Below, piece by piece: positions 25,901 through 35,500 of a DNA stretch of 64,000 bases. The notes below the pieces were generated by a model that had not been told where the DNA came from, made no database searches, and saw only the letters and a list, made by a program, of their open reading frames with translations. The stretch is from Lytechinus pictus (lineage: Eukaryota). The stretch lies in NCBI RefSeq assembly GCF_037042905.1, contig NC_087249.1, positions 10,356,001 through 10,420,000 of the forward strand, read 5' to 3'. The translations under genes were made by a program, and so were the position numbers. Each line of letters begins with the position of its first letter. Within the stretch, counting starts at the first letter, position 1.

Positions 25901-28900
25901 AAAACTAGTTTTACTGGAACCCGATGCAGGAAACCAGTTCGGAAGATCGCTTTGCTAGCGTTCCCACTTGATCACACGAAAGTGGTTTTCTAAATCACTT
26001 CACTCAAAGCGATCGTGTTGCTATGGAAACGTTCTCAGTGTGGTGACACGTTTCACGCGAAATTGGAAACTGCAGCATAGGCATTCTACACCTGTCATGT
26101 GGAGTAGCGCGCTCAAAATGTGCGAAGATCGCTTCCCGAAGAATGGTTGTGTCCTCACTTACGCTAAAACCAGTTTAACAAGGCAAAGCGATCTCGAAAA
26201 CTACATTGCGAGGTGGTTTTCTGAACCGGTTTGGAAGATCGCTTTGACTATTCTCACTACACGTTATACTTGTTTCCAGTAAACTAGTTTTAGGAAGGTA
26301 GTGAGAACGGTGTCTAACTGATTAAACCTTACTTTGTAATTTGATTTTTATTAGAGTAATACACAAATGAATAGTTATTCATGGAACGTAGAACAGCATG
26401 TGTCGAACAGGTGCACCTTTACAAACTCCAATTAAAGGTGTTGGATAAAGCGATATGAATTTACAGATGTAATAACATGACATCCACCAATTAACTGATT
26501 AAAGAATTAAGTGATTAAACCTTATTCTGTAATTTGATTTTATGAAGCTTTATTAGAGTAATATACAAATGAATCTTTTTATCCATGGAACTTGGAACAG
26601 GATGTGTCAAACAGGTGCACCTTTACAAACTCCAATTAAAGGTGTTGGATAAAGTGATTTGACCCTACGAGCACACATGTACACACAAGCACACATACTA
26701 TACCTCTAAAGACTTGACAATTGTCTTGAGTTCCTCCACAAAGTTGTTAGCTATGTCCAGTTTCGGGGACAGATCTCCAAGCCTCTGTCTCAATGCTTCC
26801 CCTTGGCGCTGGATCGAGGCACGTCTTTCTTGTACTCTCTTGACATCACCCTGGAGCGGAGGGGGGGGGGGAGAGGAGACACGTTTTCTCTGATTATTCC
26901 TGAAATGGATCAAAGATTTCATATGGGAAGGGGGCTAGGGTTGGGCTAAATTACTTTCTTCAATTACAATTGCGTAACTGAAGAAATGTTCAATTACAAT
27001 TACTTTTCAATTAAATTACATTTTTTTTCAAATTACAATTACATGTACCAATTACTGTTGTCAATTACAATTTCAATTACTTTCTATAACAATCATAAAT
27101 GAAATCACTTTGTATTCTGTATGTACTAGCACCACCTATTTCAACATAAGCCGAACTCTAAGTTACAGAGAAACTGACAAGATGAAGGTTTATGTTAAAG
27201 AGCACGGATCCTGCCTATTACACTCTTTGATGCTGAAGCAGTTGACACAAAAGGGTCATGAAATTAAATCATAAATTAAGAAAGTTTATTGTTAAGTAAC
27301 TGAATGTAATTCAAAGTAATTGACAGTAATTGAAGTCAATTACACTTTTTTCAATTACAATTACATTCAAAATTTCAAATACAATTTAATACAATTACTC
27401 AAGAAATGTAATTAATACGTAATTGATCAATTACCTTGTAATTGAGCCCAACCCTGAAGGGGGCACGTACTAATGTTGATTGACTTCTAATAATTACTAT
27501 CAAGCAACTACAATTCTTAGTTCAAGAAGGGGAGGGGGTTCTCATAAAAAAACAATACACAATAACAATTTAATCTAAGGGGGAGGGGTGGGGCACAAAA
27601 CACATAAAAGTTGCTGATGGGGGACAAAATAAAATTAAGTGAGATAATCAGGAGTTAAAACATGTGACTTGACATGAAAATACTTTCACATGTCTCTTAA
27701 TAGTGGCCATCTGTCTTTTATAGTGAAAACCTGTCTTTAGACAGTGGACACTAAAAGTGTCTCCTATTTGAAAAGAATATGTCATGGAACCTGTTTATAG
27801 AGACCGCCTGTCATTCGTGGCCATTTTTTCTGCTTCTCTCTGGTGGCATTACGTATACAGGTATGACTGTAGATCTACAGGGATGAATATTTGACGAGAC
27901 ATCCTTGTTTTACTTTATAGAAGAAAAGAGGCCTGGGCTTTTGATACAGAATATCGAATGATCTTTGACCCCTAGGTGACCTCTGACCTTATCATCCTCA
28001 TGAACACACATGTGGTATTACCAAAGGACCATCTGTACCAAGTGTAAACTCAATTGATGCAAAAATAAAGAGATGAGGGCAAGTTGAATGAAAACTTGAA
28101 AAAAAAGGATGGACATGACCTCATATCATTTGACCATTTGACCCCTAGAACACCTTTGGCCCCATCATTGTCATGGGCTCACATGTGGTATTACCAAAGT
28201 TTTATATGCATCAAGTATGAACATAATTGCAGAAACAAAGAAATGAGAGCAAGTTGAATAGAAACCAAAATTTTTGTAACAGACTCCAGACCAATAGACT
28301 AACAGGAAAAGTGATCACTACATGTAGGTCTCTGCCGAACTTCGTTCAGGCGAGACAAAGAGAGTCTTCCTGGGGCTTTGATACATTTTATGCATCCTCT
28401 AATCATTAAAACAAATACTGTTAGTGATTTTTTCCCACGGTCTTGACATCTCACCCTTTCTGGTTCTGCACCAGGTTCCAAAGATGACTGGTTGGTAGGC
28501 CCTTTTCTCTTAGTTAGGTCTTGAAGATGCGTTAAAGTCCTTAGCTCCCTTTCTAGCAAAGGTAATTTCTATTGATGAAGTGAAAAAATGAGGTAGAAGA
28601 AATGGTATTTAGGCAGCATAACAAAGGATGTGTCATTAAGGATTACATTTTTTGCATACCTGTTCCCCTATTTTTTTGTACAAACAACAATGTAAAAAAA
28701 GAAGGGTTATAAAAATAGAGTGAGAAATGAAAAAGAGTGCATTTTGAAAAGGATATTGGATTTTTTTGTGTGTGTAATATTGGTTAGAAATTGAGGCAGA
28801 AACATTTTATACAAAGTTCAGGTACACAGAACACTTTAATATTGAACTCTCTCCCTTGCCAGCCCCTCCCCTTCTCGATATCTCTCCCTCTCTTTCTCTC

Positions 28901-29512
28901 TCTATATATACATACATGTATATATTGTGTTTTAAGGATAGAAATAACCTTCGAAGGTTTGCATAAGTAGATCATATATAAGAGAGTCATGTGTATCACC
29001 GTGAGCTTCATCCGGAAAAGCTATTGGGAAAGTCAATTTTGAAGTACAACTGAGAAAATTAAAAGAACATCTTTATTCTTTATCGTGGGCGAAGTACTGA
29101 AAAAGAAAGAGAAAAAGTAGCATTCCTTTTGATAATGGGAGCTTGATGTCCTGACAAGGACACTTTACACCAAATGAGATGGGTAGCGGGAAACAATTCA
29201 GAAGATTCGATCTTCTGGTCAAAGATGACAGACAAAAAAAAAAAGGATAGAAGTTTTCTCCAACTAATAATGGAATATGGCATACTTACTGCATTTAATT
29301 CAATCACACAGTCTTCTATCGTTTCCTTGTTCAACTTGATTTCACGGCCATCTCTGGAGGCCTCCTCCAACTGTGTTGCCTTCAGGAAAAGCTGTGTTTG
29401 GAGAAGAAAAAAAAAAAAATCATAAATCAGATTGACTTCTTGGATACCATTTAAATGTACATAATACTACTACTACTACTACTAATAATACTAATACTAC
29501 TACTACTACTAA

Positions 29513-29545
<33 letters not shown>

Positions 29546-32500
29546 TAATAATAATAATAATGGTTATTTCTATATGTGCTACACACAAAAGCATCACAGT
29601 ACTTACAATTGTCAGACATAGACTATAAATATAAATCTTAAGTAACTAAAAATATACAAAATTATGTATGGTTTATGCAGATGTCTTCAATGGAGTAAGG
29701 TGAAAGAAAGATGCTCTATTCAACGAGGGGTAGCCGGGTTAAATAGAGTGTCACTTTCTTTCACAAAATGCAAAATGTTGCACCATTGCGCGAATAAGAA
29801 TATTTGGTATTTGTGTTGTACAATGCCTCGGAATTTAGAGAAAATATGATTTCTACAATATTCACTGGCCTTGAGGGGAACATCGAATATGTCGCCCGCA
29901 ACAGACTCATATTGGCCCAAGTCTTTAGACGAGGCCAATATGGTTCTTTTAAGGACAACATATTTGATGTTTCCCGAAAGAAGAGCCAGTCAATATCATT
30001 ATTACGTAAGGCTGTACAATGTGCGGGACAATGTGTAATTCAAGCTACTATTTGGAACAATTTATACGCCTGTTTGATTATCACAAGTCTGAGTTCAAGT
30101 TATTCACAAACTTAGTGAAGTAACCCTTAATAAGCAATATTGTGACGTAAATTGTTACCTTGCAGTCGCGCATATACACTTAACGCGTAGAAATCCTGTG
30201 CTTGGGTCCCTGGGTTTGTGTATGCACTGGCCGCGCCGCACATTATATACAATGTGTTGGTTCATAAACTGGTTCCAGCCAGATTTCGGAAATACTGAAA
30301 TTAGCTATCAAAATCGGCTCCTACTGCGCAAGCGCACTAGCAGAGATATGGCCAATATTGCCCTGTGTTTTGCACAGTATGGGCAATGCCTAGGGAGGGC
30401 AACATGGCAAATGTTTACCTCGTTGGTCTCGGATTGAAAGTAGCGAGCGAAATATGGCTTTTATTTATCTGCTAAAATACCTTGTGTAGGTAATAATAAT
30501 CCCTATTTTTCCTATAGTTACCTATGAAAATGAGAAAAAATTATTGAAAGCAAAAAGCAAAATCCCTCAAATGCACATCTGATCTGCAGCAGCAATGTGC
30601 ATTTAGCCAGTAAGCTCTGCGGGTATTGCAACTGTCTTTGCTAAGTGAAAGACTGTGCAACAATGCATTTTATATGACACATAGCTAGATCCTTGTCATT
30701 TGATAGATCCTTGTAGTTTGATATCGATCATTCAGCCCATTTTACAACGACGTCATCAACCGTGCAATTTTGGATCTTTTCCATTGCACACACGCACCAA
30801 GCAAGTAAAACCACAACGCGCATCATTATGTACGTGACAATCAACAAACCGAGCTCGCTGTACATGAACATATTTTGCATCGAAATTCATAAATTTAATA
30901 AGAAAACGAATCTATTTTTAGGTGTCATATGAACCAAATAATGAATGCTCTTATCATTCGTGCAATGTAGAGAATACTTCATTCGGTGAAAGATGAAATG
31001 AATGATCCATTCAAACTCGGCTACGGCTCGTTGAATGGATCATTTCATCTTTCACCTCATGAAGTATTCTGTCCATTGCACTCATAAACATTCATTATTT
31101 GTATATTGGATAGTACGTGTGCAATGATATGAATGTCTTGACACTTGGCCTCCCATTTGCTTACGTACAACAAGCTAAGTAGGCGTTGTACAATAGGAAA
31201 TATAATACCTTGTACATGTCTTTGGCACTTTGCTTGAGCAAGAAGTTTTTACTGGTCTCCTCATCCATGAAAGTTAAAGGATTATCAACCTGGGGACAAA
31301 TTAAAAAAATACATGTATTAATTTAAAGGTCAAGTCCACCCCAGAAAAAAGTTGATTAGAATGAAAAGAGAAAAATCAAACTAGCATAATGCTGAAAATT
31401 TCATCAAAATCGGATGTAAATTAAGAAAGTTATGACATTTTAAAATTTTGCTTATTTTTCACAAAACAGTGATATGCACAACTCTGTGACAGGCAAATGA
31501 GACAGCCAATGATGTCCCTCACTCACTATTTCTTTTGTTTTTTATTGTTTGAATTATACAATATTTCAATTTTTACAGATTTGACAATAAGGACCAACTT
31601 AACTGAACCATAAAGCAATGCTAATTCCACATGTTCAGGGAGGAATTAATTGTTGTTTTACTTGACAATGAGGAGAAAAAAATCAGAATTTTTCATTTTC
31701 ATATAAGATACAAAAGAAATAGTGAGTGGATGACGTCATCAGTCTCCTCATTTGCATACGGACCAGGATGTGCATATAACTGTTTGTGAAATTAAGCGAA
31801 ACTTCAAAATGTCATAACTTTCTTAGTTTACATCCGATTTTGATGTAATTTTCAGTGGTATGCTTGTTGGATTTTTTCCTTTTTATTCAAATAAACTTTT
31901 AGTTGGGGTGAACTTGTATTAAAGTTTTAAAATTGCTTGATTACAAATTAACTTACAAAGTAGCTTTGTAAAATAAAATGAAAGAAAAGAAGGATCAGAC
32001 ATGCACAATACAAAACTCTAGAAAAAGGTAAATTTTTCTAAACTCATGATTAATGAATTCACATAACATTCACAGATGAGTCCGTCTTTGTTCATTTCAA
32101 TAATTCACTCTTTTTTGCCTTGTTGAAAATGATTTTGGAGAGCATCTATAGTGGGAGAAACAACTCACATATTTACATCTAAGTTCATTCTCACCAGATT
32201 CGAAAAGTAAAACAGAAATTTAAGAGTCCTGAAAAGTTCCCGCTGCAAACAAAACTGGAGGAAATATGTGAGGTTCTATGAAATAACTGACCAATGAGAC
32301 GTGTTTCCCTAAAACGTCACACCCCTCATACAATATTCCATAAACTCCACTAAAAATTGTTTACCTGGATATGGAGATGTTTCATGATGTCAGACACATC
32401 TTCCTCAGTACTTGATACGAATTCACCATCAGCTAGCATTACCGTGTAGGTGGTATTACCATCTTTGCATATTCTCGTCATCACTGTAATGGACGGTCCA

Positions 32501-35500
32501 TATACTTCCGGCCTGTACGCATCATCTCCTCTATTTCGTAACTTGATGCATATCTCTGCAACACTGTTAGATTGACAAAGTGTACAAGGAGCCATTGACT
32601 AGATGAAGTTATCACCATCAGATTCAGAACGTCAGAAGTAAACAAGTTTCATGCTATTCAATGATCGTTATATCATAAATCCTGTCTTATTTATGTTTTT
32701 TCATTTTTATTTGATCTTTTGGGCTTAATGTTAGCATCTTGATATGACAAAAAGAGCTCCAAATTTTACTGAGATATAAAGTAGATCGAGTGGGCAGTTG
32801 ACCCAGACCACTTATAAACAGGGGTCGGAGCCACTTGCTCCTGGGACTGAAACAGCCGGGTTTCCCCTTCATAGCAAGGACAGATGCAAGCTGGCTTTGT
32901 CATCCCAAGAAGGAGCCTGGCTGGCTATTATTTTGATGATGATGATATGCTTGGATGTCAAATCTCTTTTTCTGAGACATACAAAGGCGCAGACTCCAAA
33001 GAGAAAGAAGAATTCAAATACATTCATGACAGGAAACGTAAAGACTGGAGTACATTTGAAGAGCTCCTGGGCCCCGTCTAACAAAGAGTTGCGATTGATC
33101 CAATCAATCGCAACTATGGAAAGCCAGCAAAGTCAACATATAAAATGCATTTTTATTTAAAAATATTCTAGATATGAATGTATATCCATAAATTCATTGA
33201 TTCCTTGACAATTTGGTGTGACCTCCTTTGTTTACAAAGGACATTTTGCAAATTTCCTGTAGAAAAAAATTATGACACTGATGGATTCTATAGAGTTACG
33301 ATTGATTGGATCAATCGCAACTCTTTGTAAGACGGGCCCCTGGGCTCTGTAACCTAAAGGTTTGTGATCAACATCCCTTAAATGCCAATGACCAATCCAG
33401 ATCATTGTTGCATGCAAATTTTGTTCCAAACAAAAATCAGTATTGCTCTTTCATACTTGCAATCCAGTAGGACACGGTCACATTTCCCCTATAGGAAATG
33501 TATTTCTATACAAACCAACTATATGTAGCTGGTGAAGACAAAAAATAGGTTATTTTGGACTCGTCGTAGTCCACCTTAAGGCCACCGCACAACTTACGAC
33601 CCGACTGGTCTATGACTGCTCTGCGAATGAGTGAGGGGAGATGAATCGCAAGGTACCCTGCTAGTCTGCGACTCACGCATGTGCTTTTTGCTTTCTGCCA
33701 CAGCAACTGAGAAAATGATGCTTACTACTGCGTATGCATGTTGCATATCATGTACACGTCGGTATTAAATTGAGACTCTACTGTCTGGAAGCTGGATTGA
33801 GCTTGAGATCTAGTTGTCAAATCCTTACGATTTTCCTTGTGATTTGTCTCTGACCGGTCTGCGACTCTCAAGTTGACAAGAGCTGTGACGCCACATTTCC
33901 CTTCACTCATTCGCGGACCAGTCGGGTCGTAAGGTATGCGGTGGACTTTAGGGAAAATGTAACGCTGCCATGAAACCTTAGAATTAACAGGCCAAGATTA
34001 TCAAACTTATGATGATTTGAGGGGAAGAGAGTTCTATGAGTGAAGAATTAGTAGAGAATGCTTGGTCTTGCTTGTTGGACATAAAAAATCAAACACAAGC
34101 ATGGTAGTTTGACCATAATTTGTCCTGTCTTGTATCTCAAAAGGTAAGTAATATCCTGAAACTCTGACATTACCAACATAAGTAAAAGACCTGAGATTAC
34201 CCTGTGGAGTGACTTCTTTATAAGGTCTGCATTTGTGAAAATACTGGTAAAACATCTTGTGTCTTTATCTGAACTTTTCACAAACATCAAATCAGATGTA
34301 GGTACTTACTCCTTTCCCACCTTTACAAGGGGACGAAATGATACCCTACAGCCATGAATGATGGGTCTTCCACCCAGGCCTACAATTATGGCCATCAGCA
34401 TCGCACTCTTCCCACCTGTTGGAAGCAATGAACAATACCACTATAAAGGAGATTCCTTACAGCCACATTGTATGTATGCATGTATGTAAGTAAATAAATA
34501 AATAAAATAGGATATAGGCAGCGCACGTGTCCACCTCGTTAGATATTCCTATATTACCCCTGCTAAGCTAGTCTACCATTCTGGTGCTCTCAACTTTTGA
34601 GTAGTTACTTAAGCCCCCCCTCCCGACCCAATACATTAAGCTTAAAAAATAGCAAAGGTAGGTTAGGGTTAAATAAATACCAGTCTAGATGACACTTATT
34701 CCTTATTCATGATTATTACCAAGAATTGAAAAAAGGTAGAGCTGAGCTCACTGAAAAGCAGAGGCAGCACGATTAGTGCTAATAAAACCTAGTTAAAACT
34801 ATTAAAAAAGTATTTGTATTTTTTAAATTTTAGCTTATCATAATATTGAAATTTTAATTCTAAGCTTAAACAATGCCACTGAACTATAGAATAGAAGTAT
34901 ACAGAATGACATGTCTTATTTCTTTATTTTCTTGTCTAAATTTTCACACCTCTCATCAATAAAGAACCATTTTGAATACGCTCTTCGCAGCATATTATGG
35001 CAAATGTGATCTCGGTGCAAGTTAAGCAAGATCAAATATAATTGGGGCCCCGTCTTACAGAGAGTTACGATTGATCCAATCAATTGTAACTATGGATGGC
35101 CAGCAACATCAACATCTATTCTGCATGATTGTTCAAAATATTTTCTAGCTATGATGTATATTCATGCCTTCATTGTTTTTTTTTTAATTCACTGCACTTC
35201 TCTTTGCATACAAAGTACATTGTGCAAGTTTTTCGTAGAAAAAATTACGACACTGATGGATTTCCATAGAGTTACGGTTGATCGGATCAATCGTAACTCT
35301 CTATAAGACGGGGTCCAGTAATGATTGCAAACACACCACTGAGGTGCTGAAGACTTTGAACAAGAAAACAAAGAAATATGGCGACCTCATCCTTCTAAAT
35401 TTCAATTTCATTGATAAAAGTTTTGGAATGCAACGTCGTCGAACACCTGTAAAATGAAGAGTTTTAAGTCCATGGAATAATTTTCCTGGTATCGCATCGC

